Shown: one piece after another, positions 52,846-60,812 of the stretch
How the letters are laid out: each line of letters starts with the position of its first letter
Position numbering within the stretch: the first letter of the stretch is position 1
From: an uncultured Verrucomicrobiae bacterium
GTDB taxonomy: Bacteria; Verrucomicrobiota; Verrucomicrobiia; Limisphaerales; Palsa-1400
DNA: 64,000 nt
Direction of reading: 5' to 3'
Assembly (NCBI GenBank): GCA_963702845.1
Contig: OY969763.1
Coordinates: 4,768,001-4,832,000 of the forward strand
Made by a program: the position numbers and the translations under genes
The notes under the pieces: generated by a model
Told to the model about the DNA's origin: nothing
Seen by the model: only the letters and a program-made list of their open reading frames with translations
Database searches by the model: none

Positions 52846-53632
52846 TTGGGACATGAGCAAATAGGCAGACTTCGGAAATCCGCGAGCTGGAACAAGGTCG
52901 TTTCGCTTATTACGAACGGGGCGGACGTGGCGAAGGTGGCGGAGGCTACGAGTCAAGCGCTGGAAAAGTCGCTGCTCTATGTGCAGAATGATGCCGGGTT
53001 CAAAGAAGCGGTCCATTTAATGACGCAGCTTGCCGTTGCTGGAACCAAGAAAGATCCCGCTGAACACCTCGCATCGGTCGGTATTGTGCTTTCACCTAAA
53101 ACTTCAGTGGCCGATGTGGTGGCGGCGGTGACGGAGGCTTTGGATCAGAACGTAGATGCTACGGGAAAGAGGTCTGATTTCAGCGAATGCGCGCATCGGG
53201 CGCTGATTGGCACTCTTAGCCAGTATCTGAGCAACAATCAAACGACGCTGTTCGAATCCAGCCACGAAGATGTGAGTTCCGCCCTCAATTCTCTACGAAA
53301 AGAAAAAGCGTTCGGAGAGTTTTCGAAATCCTTTTTTGGGAAATTGACGAACGAATGCATGGATTACTTCCTTTCGAAAACGCTGGCGACGCATGTCGGA
53401 GAAGGGCAGCAATTTGCCACGATGAACCAGATGGCGCAGTTCGAGGCGGGCTTATCTAAACATTGTAGCGAGGTGGCGGTGATCGTGGAGAAGGTACAGC
53501 AAGGAATGGTTTTCAAAGAACCTGCGTGAAGGGAAAGGTGATATTACGAAAGATGTCGCTGAAGGGTTTGGCTGGTATGGCGTGAAAAAGATTCAAGATG
53601 CATTGAAGGAAAGGCCGAGCGATGGAAAATGA
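52846..53632 (+). CDS. QatB-like all-helical partner of a QueC-family enzyme; apparent frameshift near 53493
   Basis: SD AAGGA + TTG start giving MGHEQIGRLRKSASW...; removing one G continues it as YSKEWFSK... to TGA 53632, overlapping the next start. Confidence 0.6.
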
Positions 53633-55670
53633 GCATATCATTGTGTGCGGCGGCCAACAGCCACCGGCTGGGATTGGCAAAAAGTTTCTGGCGCTCAATC
53701 TCTGGGGTGGGAAGGGCGTAGCGAATATCAAATTTCACATAGAAGATATTCATTCGCGGCTTCTTCAGAATGTGCCGGAGCGGTTCGTGGACCTGCTGGA
53801 GATCGCGGCTTATCTCTATTGTTTTGACCAGGGATTTGCGCGCGTGAGGATGGATGTGGAGAGTTTTGGGTCGGCGTGGCGGCGAAGGTTCAAAGTATAT
53901 GTGCCGGTGCGCGACCCGGACTTTTGGAATGATGCGGAGGTGAAGAGAACGCTGACGGATACGTTGAATTTTCTTTCCGATGAATTTTTCGATTTTCGAT
54001 TTTCCAAAGCGTATAAGCCGCCGGAGTTACAGGAATATCTCGATTTCAAGGAGAGCGCGGGCGCTGAGCAAACAGCCGAACAAGTAATGATGTACTCGGG
54101 CGGGCTGGATTCATTGGCAGGTGCAATCGACGAAATCATAACGCAAAAACGGCAAGTCGTTTTGGTCAGTCACAGGTCGACGCCGAAATTGCTCGGAGTG
54201 CATCGGCGCTTGGAAGCGATGATTGTGGAAAAGGCGGGACAGAAAAGGCCGGTGCAGATGAACGTCCGCGTCAGCAAGAAGATCGTTTTAGATGAAGAGG
54301 ATCATACGCAACGGTCCCGGTCGTTCTTATTTGGGTCCTTGGGAGCGACGGTTGCGACTGTCCTGGGTTTGAAAAACCTCCGGTTTTATGAGAATGGCGT
54401 CTTGAGCATGAATTTGCCGATGACTGCGCAGCTCGTGGGTGCCCGCGCGACACGCACGACGCATCCGCGGGTGATTCGAGGGTTTTCCAGACTGTTCTCG
54501 TTGGTGGCGGGTGAAACATTCACGGTGGAAAATCCGTTTATCTGGAATACGAAGGGAGAAGTAATACGGAAAATTGTCGACGCAGGCTGTGACGCGATGA
54601 TTGAAGCGTCCACGAGCTGCCCACACACACGGCAAGCAAGCAAAGAGCAGACGCATTGCGGTGCGTGTTCGCAGTGCATTGATCGGCGCTTTGGAGTTAT
54701 AGCAGCGGAAGCGGAAGAATTTGATCCTCCTTCGATTTATCGAATGGATGTTTTTACGGAGTCGCGCTCTAAGGAAGAGGATAAACTGATGGTTGCGGCG
54801 TATTTGGAACGTGCTAATCAGGTTGCGAAATTGGGAAACGCAAATGACTTCATGTCGAAGTACACGGAACTGGGACGGGTGATCCGGTGCATGGATGGCG
54901 CGCCTGATAGCGTGGCTGGCCGCATCTTCGAGTTGTATAAGCGGCATGCGACAGAGGTCAACGAGACAGTCGATAAGATGATGGGAAAGTATCGGAGGGA
55001 AATACGGGAGCGCACGTTGCCTGGAGATTGTCTCTTGCGATTGGTTTATGAGTCTGGATCGGTGACTTCGTTGCCGGTACAAACAGCAGAGCCGATGGAC
55101 AAAACTATTGTTGGCGCAGAGACGAAGACTGCGGCGTTTGTGTTTCGAAAGGCTGGCAGTGTGTGGGATGTGGTTTTCGACGGTGGCAGTTTATTCCACA
55201 TCGATGACGGTTTCGGGGCGAAATATTTGGACTATTTACTGCACCGTCCGAACGAAGTGATTAACGCATTTGACTTGGAAAAGGCTATCCGACCGGCAAA
55301 AGGAAATGCGCGGGCCAAAGATTCGGCACAAACGGCTGTGGACCAACAAACCAAACGAGAGGCTAAGGAAGAACTCCCTCATTTGGAAGCGGAGTTGGAG
55401 ACTGCCGAAGGCGAGGGAGATACTGCGAAGGTAGAACGGTTGAGAGGCGAAATAGCTAAGGTGAAGTGCGTCATCGGCAATGAGAATTTATTGAACGGGG
55501 ACGCTGGCGAGCGCGCGCGCGACAACGTGAGAAAAGCTATCAATAAGGTTGTCCAAAAAATGCGTAAGGGCTCAAAAGAGGAGCAGGCGTTTGGTCAGCA
55601 TATTGGGCAGTTCGTTTCCCTCGGATACGAGGTCTGTTACAATCAACCGAACGAAAATAGTTGGGCGTAA
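53622..55670 (+). CDS. QueC/QatC-like PP-loop enzyme with C-terminal putative DNA-binding extension
   Basis: DLLEIAAYLY..D, YSGGLDS, QRSRSFLF, ENG, TRTTHP, HCGACSQCIDRR; extra about 190 aa (GAKYLDYLLHRPNEVI...ERARDNVRKAI). Confidence 0.85.
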   Translation: MENEHIIVCGGQQPPAGIGKKFLALNLWGGKGVANIKFHIEDIHSRLLQNVPERFVDLLEIAAYLYCFDQGFARVRMDVESFGSAWRRRFKVYVPVRDPDFWNDAEVKRTLTDTLNFLSDEFFDFRFSKAYKPPELQEYLDFKESAGAEQTAEQVMMYSGGLDSLAGAIDEIITQKRQVVLVSHRSTPKLLGVHRRLEAMIVEKAGQKRPVQMNVRVSKKIVLDEEDHTQRSRSFLFGSLGATVATVLGLKNLRFYENGVLSMNLPMTAQLVGARATRTTHPRVIRGFSRLFSLVAGETFTVENPFIWNTKGEVIRKIVDAGCDAMIEASTSCPHTRQASKEQTHCGACSQCIDRRFGVIAAEAEEFDPPSIYRMDVFTESRSKEEDKLMVAAYLERANQVAKLGNANDFMSKYTELGRVIRCMDGAPDSVAGRIFELYKRHATEVNETVDKMMGKYRREIRERTLPGDCLLRLVYESGSVTSLPVQTAEPMDKTIVGAETKTAAFVFRKAGSVWDVVFDGGSLFHIDDGFGAKYLDYLLHRPNEVINAFDLEKAIRPAKGNARAKDSAQTAVDQQTKREAKEELPHLEAELETAEGEGDTAKVERLRGEIAKVKCVIGNENLLNGDAGERARDNVRKAINKVVQKMRKGSKEEQAFGQHIGQFVSLGYEVCYNQPNENSWA

Positions 55671-55742
55671 ATCGGTAGTTTTTTGATTTGGGAACGCAAA
55701 GTTCCCAATTGGGAATCGTTAATTCCCGCCATTTGGGCGTAA
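55661..55742. promoter_or_regulatory. Tandem palindromic operator-like region
   Basis: GGGAAC-GCAAA-GTTCCC (55690-55706) and GGGAAT-CGTTA-ATTCCC (55711-55727), flanked by TTGGGCGTAA at 55661 and 55733. Confidence 0.6.
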
Positions 55743-55862
55743 GCCTGAATGGCGGTTTTTTTTGGACTCGTTGGTCGAGCCCTTCGTTGACTCCGCGATT
55801 CAGGTAATGGCCTGAGTCGCGTTTTTTGTGCGCGTCTCTGGCGACGAAGAAGACGAAGAACT

Positions 55863-56066
55863 ATGAGAACGCTAAGAAACAAAGCGAAAGTGATGCGCGG
55901 CAAACGGGGGCAGCTCGGGTGGACCCAGTTCGAACTGGCGCGACGAGCTGGTTGTTCGGAATCGCAAATCGCCAAGATCGAGACGGGCCGGATCGCTCCT
56001 GAACCCTGGCTTCGAGATGCCATCGCGCATGCATTAAACATTCAACCGTTCGAGGTGGGCTTGTGA
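55863..56066 (+). CDS. XRE/Cro-type HTH regulator
   Basis: WTQFELARRAGCSESQIAKIETG. Confidence 0.88.
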   Translation: MRTLRNKAKVMRGKRGQLGWTQFELARRAGCSESQIAKIETGRIAPEPWLRDAIAHALNIQPFEVGL

Positions 56067-56359
56067 TTACTGCGAACCCTAATGAACGGTTGATTCGGTT
56101 TCTCCAGGCTACGCCGGAGCAGCAAGCGATGGTGGATCGGATTCTCGACGGCCACGCACCCGTGGCACCTCCGCCAATCTCCGGGCCGTTGCTGTTGCCG
56201 ATGGGCAAGGCTTGTGAGTTGCTTGGGGTTTCGCGACCTACTCTCTGGCGCATGCTCAATGCAAAAAAGCTCACACGGGTTGAGGTGTTACCGAAGACGT
56301 ATCGGGTGAGGCGATCGGAAATTCTGGAGTTGGCGAATGGAAAGGACGGCGGCCAATGA
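56063..56359 (+). CDS. Excisionase-like HTH protein
   Basis: LLPMGKACELLGVSRPTLWRML...YRVRRSEI; GTGA overlap. Confidence 0.8.
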   Translation: MITANPNERLIRFLQATPEQQAMVDRILDGHAPVAPPPISGPLLLPMGKACELLGVSRPTLWRMLNAKKLTRVEVLPKTYRVRRSEILELANGKDGGQ

Positions 56360-56769
56360 ACCAGCAACGTAAACAGAAGGTAACGGAGGGATCTAAGAAG
56401 ATTGCGGATTGCGGATTGCAGAGTGCGGATTCCAAACAAAAGGTCGCGAAGGAAACGAAGGCAAACCTAACGTTTGACGGCAAGCGGGGCTTGCATCCAC
56501 CTCGATCTCAGCGACCCGGCGGGCCGGTGAAAACGAATGCAACTGCGCAAAGCGATTGGGATGGGGCGCTGAAATCTTGGCAGCTTGCGGAAAAAATTCA
56601 GGTGAGTGAGCGGATGATTCGCAAGCTGGTGGCACAGAAGAAAATTCCGGTGATGCGGTTGGGGCGGTTGCTTCGGTTTGATTACGACGCAGTGCAAAAG
56701 GCGCTGACTGTCGCGGAAAATAAGAATGGGGTTGATGGGACTATTGCGACGAATGGAGGCGGCCAGTGA
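56356..56769 (+). CDS. Second excisionase-like HTH protein with repeat-derived N-terminus
   Basis: LAEKIQVSERMIRKL..KIPVMRLGRLLRFD; ATGA overlap. Confidence 0.75.
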   Translation: MNQQRKQKVTEGSKKIADCGLQSADSKQKVAKETKANLTFDGKRGLHPPRSQRPGGPVKTNATAQSDWDGALKSWQLAEKIQVSERMIRKLVAQKKIPVMRLGRLLRFDYDAVQKALTVAENKNGVDGTIATNGGGQ

Positions 56770-57791
56770 TCAGCGTTCTGGATCGGGCTCTGCGTTATGT
56801 CGCGAAGTGTGAGCCCGCAATTTCCGGGCAAGGTGGGCATGATCGCACCTTTCATGTGGCGGCTGTCGCCGTTCATGGGTTCGCCCTGGATGATGCCGAT
56901 GCGCTGGCGGTTTTGCGTGAGTATAATCAACGGTGTGTGCCGCCATGGTCGGAAACGGAGTTGGTGCATAAGGTTCGGTCGACGGCGACGGCGCAACATG
57001 CGTTAGCACGCGGCCACCTTTTAAAGGAACACGACAGGGGAACCGATTTCAAATCTCAGATTTCAGATTTGAAAGTGTCCAGACCTGCTTCGGCAAATTT
57101 GGTCAGTCCGCGAGCGGCGGCGGAGCGGTTTCTAAACGGGTTTCGCTGTCATGAATCGGATTTGACTGCGGAAAGCCCGGTGGCGTTGGATGGAGAGCCG
57201 CGTTTCGACGGCGTTCTGGCACTGGCGAATTTGTATAAACCGGATGAGCGAATCAATTTTGTAACGGAGTTTGAGGAAACGACGGTTAAGGGCGAAATCA
57301 AGGCGCGGCCGGTCGGCAAAGGTCTGACGCTGACGAGGGATGAAGCGATGCGGCGTTTTGCGGAGGTCGGAACTGACAGCAGCCGCGCGGGTGGATGGCT
57401 GCGGATGAATCCGGTGGACGGGTACGGCATCGCGGATGCGAATGTGGCGGCGTTTCGGTTCGCCCTGCTGGAAAGCGATGCGCTTCCGATGGATTTGCAG
57501 GTGTCGCTCATTGCGCGATTGCCGTTACCGGTCTCTTTGGTGGTGAGCAGCGGCGGTCGCTCGGTGCATGCGTGGGTGAGAATTGATGCCGGCGATATTG
57601 CGGAGTATCGGGCGACGGTTTCGAAGATGCTCAAGATTCTGGCGCGGCTTGGGGTGGATGAGAAAAATAAAAATCCTTCAAGGCTTTCGCGTTTGCCGGG
57701 AGCGAAACGGGAGATCGGCGGAGTCGGTGACGGGTGGCAAAAGATTCTGTATCTAAATCCGAATCCAGCGGAGAGGAGGATTTGCCCATGA
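56766..57791 (+). CDS. AEP-type (RepB'-like) DNA primase with N-terminal PriCT-like helical domain
   Basis: ALLESD, SSGGRSVHAWV, NPSRLSRLPG; N-terminal PAISGQGGH..TF...CVPPWSETEL. Confidence 0.78.
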   Translation: MISVLDRALRYVAKCEPAISGQGGHDRTFHVAAVAVHGFALDDADALAVLREYNQRCVPPWSETELVHKVRSTATAQHALARGHLLKEHDRGTDFKSQISDLKVSRPASANLVSPRAAAERFLNGFRCHESDLTAESPVALDGEPRFDGVLALANLYKPDERINFVTEFEETTVKGEIKARPVGKGLTLTRDEAMRRFAEVGTDSSRAGGWLRMNPVDGYGIADANVAAFRFALLESDALPMDLQVSLIARLPLPVSLVVSSGGRSVHAWVRIDAGDIAEYRATVSKMLKILARLGVDEKNKNPSRLSRLPGAKREIGGVGDGWQKILYLNPNPAERRICP

Positions 57792-58930
57792 CAAGCCTCG
57801 ATGTGTTGGAAAAGGAGGTTATGGAGGCGTCAACGCCAGCGAATGAGCAACCGCCGGTCGCGCGGAAGTTGAGCGAGCTGGTGCTGCCCGACATCAATGA
57901 CCCGGATGAGCTTTTGAAACATCGGTTCCTCGGGCGTGGCGGTGGGATGTTGATGGTTGGGCCGACGGGAATCGGGAAAAGTTCGCTGGGGATGCAGTTG
58001 ATGGTGCTTTGGGCGCTCGGGCGAGAGGCGTTCGGGATAAAACCATCCAAGCCATTGAAGTCGCTGTTGGTGCAAGCCGAGAACGATGACGGGGACCTGG
58101 CAGAAATGAGAGACGGGGTGATTCGCGGTCTGGGCTTGAATGCCGATGAAACGAAACGTGCTTTAGACAATGTGATTGTGGTGAGGGAAGATTCGCGGAC
58201 AAGCAGCGGTTTCGCGACGGGCGTGCTGCGGCCGTTATTGGAGACGCATCGGCCCGATTTGCTTTGGATTGATCCGGCGCTGGCTTATCTCGGCGGGGAA
58301 GCGAGTTCGCAAAAGGATGTAGGCGGGTTTTTGCGGAATTTGCTGAACCCGCTTTTGCGCGAGTTCAATTGCGGATGTGTGGTGGTGCATCACACGAATA
58401 AGCCTTCGTCGGGACGTGAAAAGTCGGAGTGGCAGGGAAGCGATTTTGCGTATCTGGGCAGCGGGTCCATTGAATGGGCGGGTTGGGCGCGTGGAGTGAT
58501 TGCGTTGCGGAGCGTTGGGTCGCATTCGGTCTTCGAACTGCGGGCGGCGAAACGCGGAGCACGGCTGCGATGGAAGGAATCCGATGGTGTAACGGCGAGT
58601 TTTGCCAAATTGATTGCGCACAGCCGCGAGCCTGGCGTGATTTGCTGGCGTGAAGCGCAAGCGGACGAGATTCCGGCCGACGCGAAGCGAAAGAATGTTT
58701 TCACCAAGGAGGATTTATTGCCGCACGTGCCTACTGATAAAGCGATTTTGAAAGAGGCGCTGAGGAGCAAAGCGAACGGCGCGGGGATCGCGATAAACAA
58801 AATCAATGGGCTGATCGCGGAGTTGGTGGATGACGGCAGGCTTTTTATTTGGCGCATCAAACGCACGGGAACGAACCCGCAATTGCAGATTGCACGGTTT
58901 CGCCAGCCAGTGGAGGAATTGATAAGATGA
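57788..58930 (+). CDS. RepA/AAA_25 (SF4-like) replicative helicase
   Basis: GPTGIGKS, QAEND, LWIDP, VVHHTNK, GSGS; ATGA overlap. Confidence 0.88.
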   Translation: MTSLDVLEKEVMEASTPANEQPPVARKLSELVLPDINDPDELLKHRFLGRGGGMLMVGPTGIGKSSLGMQLMVLWALGREAFGIKPSKPLKSLLVQAENDDGDLAEMRDGVIRGLGLNADETKRALDNVIVVREDSRTSSGFATGVLRPLLETHRPDLLWIDPALAYLGGEASSQKDVGGFLRNLLNPLLREFNCGCVVVHHTNKPSSGREKSEWQGSDFAYLGSGSIEWAGWARGVIALRSVGSHSVFELRAAKRGARLRWKESDGVTASFAKLIAHSREPGVICWREAQADEIPADAKRKNVFTKEDLLPHVPTDKAILKEALRSKANGAGIAINKINGLIAELVDDGRLFIWRIKRTGTNPQLQIARFRQPVEELIR

Positions 58931-58993
58931 GAGACTCACACAGAGATTCAAACGGGAAAAATGGGCGTGCGTTGGTGTCGTGCGCGTCAGGAA

Positions 58994-59040
58994 AGATACA
59001 CATCAACACGCCCCTCTCTTTAGAGGGCGTGTGTGTGTCT
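58994..59040. other. Imperfect inverted repeat after helicase (candidate origin or terminator)
   Basis: ACACGCCC(C)TCT-CTTT-AGAGGGCGTGT with outer AGATACACAT / GTGTGTGTCT arms. Confidence 0.45.
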
Positions 59041-59128
59041 GTCCGGGCTTTTTACAGACGGTGACAAATTTAAAAAGGAGTTGCCACCACTTATGAACAG
59101 CTCTTCATATCAGGCAATTGAAACATCA

Positions 59129-59845
59129 CTAAAGGTGACGCTCCAGGCTCGTCAAAACATTCGTCGCAATCCTGCGTATTTGCAGGTCCGGGTCAGTCAG
59201 GTGCTGCCGAATTTCGTTTGTCACAAGTTGCCGATTGTTAGATACACAGAGGCCGAGTGCCGCAAGAGTCGTAGTGCGGTTGGGATTGTTCGGGTTGTGA
59301 AGGAGCGCGACCATCGTTTGAGTGCCAGCTTTTCCTGTCGACGCCATTGCTTGAAGCGCATTGCGAGCAGCATCACGATGTTTTGCGTTCATAACCATGT
59401 TCGAGAGCCGTGGGATAGCGGGCGTGGCGTTTGTTCCGAGGACTTCGAACACTCCCAAAGCGAGGTAGGTGCGGTTTTCTCCCTTGTGTATCAGAAGCGA
59501 GTAACTGTCACCTACGCCCATCTTGTCGGCGATCGGCTCGATGAAATCTTCTACACGTTCGGAGGCAGGCGATTTTTCGTAACTGATCCATCGAATGAGT
59601 GTCGGAAAAATTTGCGGCGTCATTGCACGCAAAGCTTGGGCCGGTGGGCTCGATTTTGCCGCATCACCGTTCCCTGTTTTGGTGAAAGCGGCTGCATAGG
59701 CGTCCTGATAAGCAGAGTTCCATTCCGTAAAAGTGCGTCCATTGTATTCCGGTTCGGAATCACCCGTTGTCAGCGCAATGGCGGCAACGATTGCCATTAT
59801 CGTGCCCGCTACAAGGGTAATTTTCCACCGTCGCTTCACACTCAC
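59129..59845 (-). CDS. Membrane-anchored HEAT-repeat protein
   Basis: N-terminal TM, EPEYNGRTFTEW, LGTNATPAIPRL, LTDPDLQIRRIATNVL. Confidence 0.8.
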   Translation of the reverse strand: MSVKRRWKITLVAGTIMAIVAAIALTTGDSEPEYNGRTFTEWNSAYQDAYAAAFTKTGNGDAAKSSPPAQALRAMTPQIFPTLIRWISYEKSPASERVEDFIEPIADKMGVGDSYSLLIHKGENRTYLALGVFEVLGTNATPAIPRLSNMVMNAKHRDAARNALQAMASTGKAGTQTMVALLHNPNNPNRTTTLAALGLCVSNNRQLVTNEIRQHLTDPDLQIRRIATNVLTSLERHL

Positions 59846-59865
59846 AGAGTAGGCAGGTGTCCTGA

Positions 59866-60030
59866 ATGAGCGAGCAAATTGACATTGCAGTTGATCTTGG
59901 CGCCGTTGCGCCTCCCTTGCCGGAGATCGGCACGTTGCGCGATTTTGTCGCGGACCCGCCTAAGCCGCCTCCGCAAATCATTCAGGGCATCCTGCATCAA
60001 GGGTGCAAAATGTTTTTGGGCGGCACGTCC
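59866..60030 (+). pseudogene. Truncated second AAA_25 helicase N-terminus
   Basis: PPKPPPQIIQGILHQGCKMFLGGTS breaks off inside the Walker A and runs into unrelated sequence. Confidence 0.65.
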
Positions 60031-60182
60031 AATACTGAGAAAGAACCAAAAGACAGGCAGAAGGGAAGGAGCACCCTCTTAGGAGTCGGGTGGCCTTCCT
60101 TCTTCTGCCGTTGGACTGCGGAGGTGTTAGCACACGGCCACCACTTGCACGCAGCGATCAACACGCCAGAAATAAAGCATTT

Positions 60183-60812
60183 ATGAGCCGACCATTTGAA
60201 CAACTGCCGACGCCGAGTGTTAGCACACGGACACCTTCGCTTTCTTTCGAGCAGCAACCGAAAGAAAGTGCTAAGGCGTTTGCGGCGTTTGGATTGTATC
60301 TGAGTATGGGGCCGGAGCGGTCGCTGGAATTGGTGGGGCGAAAGTTAGGCAAGAGTAAGGGGCAAATGGAAAAGTGGTCGCGGCGTTTTGAATGGACTTC
60401 GAGGGTGCAGGCGCATGGGGCGCACCTGGCTATTGTGGAGCGCGAAGCGATCGAGGCGACGGCGCGAAGCAAGGCGGCGGAGTGGGAAGGGCGTGAGCAG
60501 AAGTTGCGAGAAACGGAATGGGCGATGCATGAGCGGGCGATTGCTGCCGCGCAACGGGGTCTCGATGCCTACATGGCGCGTGAAAAGGTTTATGCGAATC
60601 TTTCGGACATCGCGCGGATGCTGGAGGTCGCGAGCAAGCTTGGGCGGCTGGCGACGGGGCTTGGGACGAACGGCGAGCGCATGAACGGTGACGAGTTGCC
60701 GACGGTGCGCGTCGAGGTCACGGTCGCACTGGAGAAGATTTATGGCGAGCCGTTGCCGGGTGAAATTATCGACGTCGAGGCGGTGCGAACACTGCCGGAG
60801 GGAACGCAATGA
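60183..60812 (+). CDS. terS: Putative terminase small subunit
   Basis: ESAKAFAAF..Y..MGPERSL...KWSRRFEWTSR HTH + helical body; ATGA overlap with terL. Confidence 0.7.
   Translation: MSRPFEQLPTPSVSTRTPSLSFEQQPKESAKAFAAFGLYLSMGPERSLELVGRKLGKSKGQMEKWSRRFEWTSRVQAHGAHLAIVEREAIEATARSKAAEWEGREQKLRETEWAMHERAIAAAQRGLDAYMAREKVYANLSDIARMLEVASKLGRLATGLGTNGERMNGDELPTVRVEVTVALEKIYGEPLPGEIIDVEAVRTLPEGTQ

Noticed and set aside
53622..55670. Housekeeping queC for queuosine synthesis, or a complete QatABCD/Dpd system
   Set aside because: About three times the length of QueC, in mobile cargo, and no queDEF, qatA, qatD or dpdA nearby
59033..59869. 278-aa plus-strand ORF
   Set aside because: Antisense to the HEAT-repeat gene, which has the credible protein features
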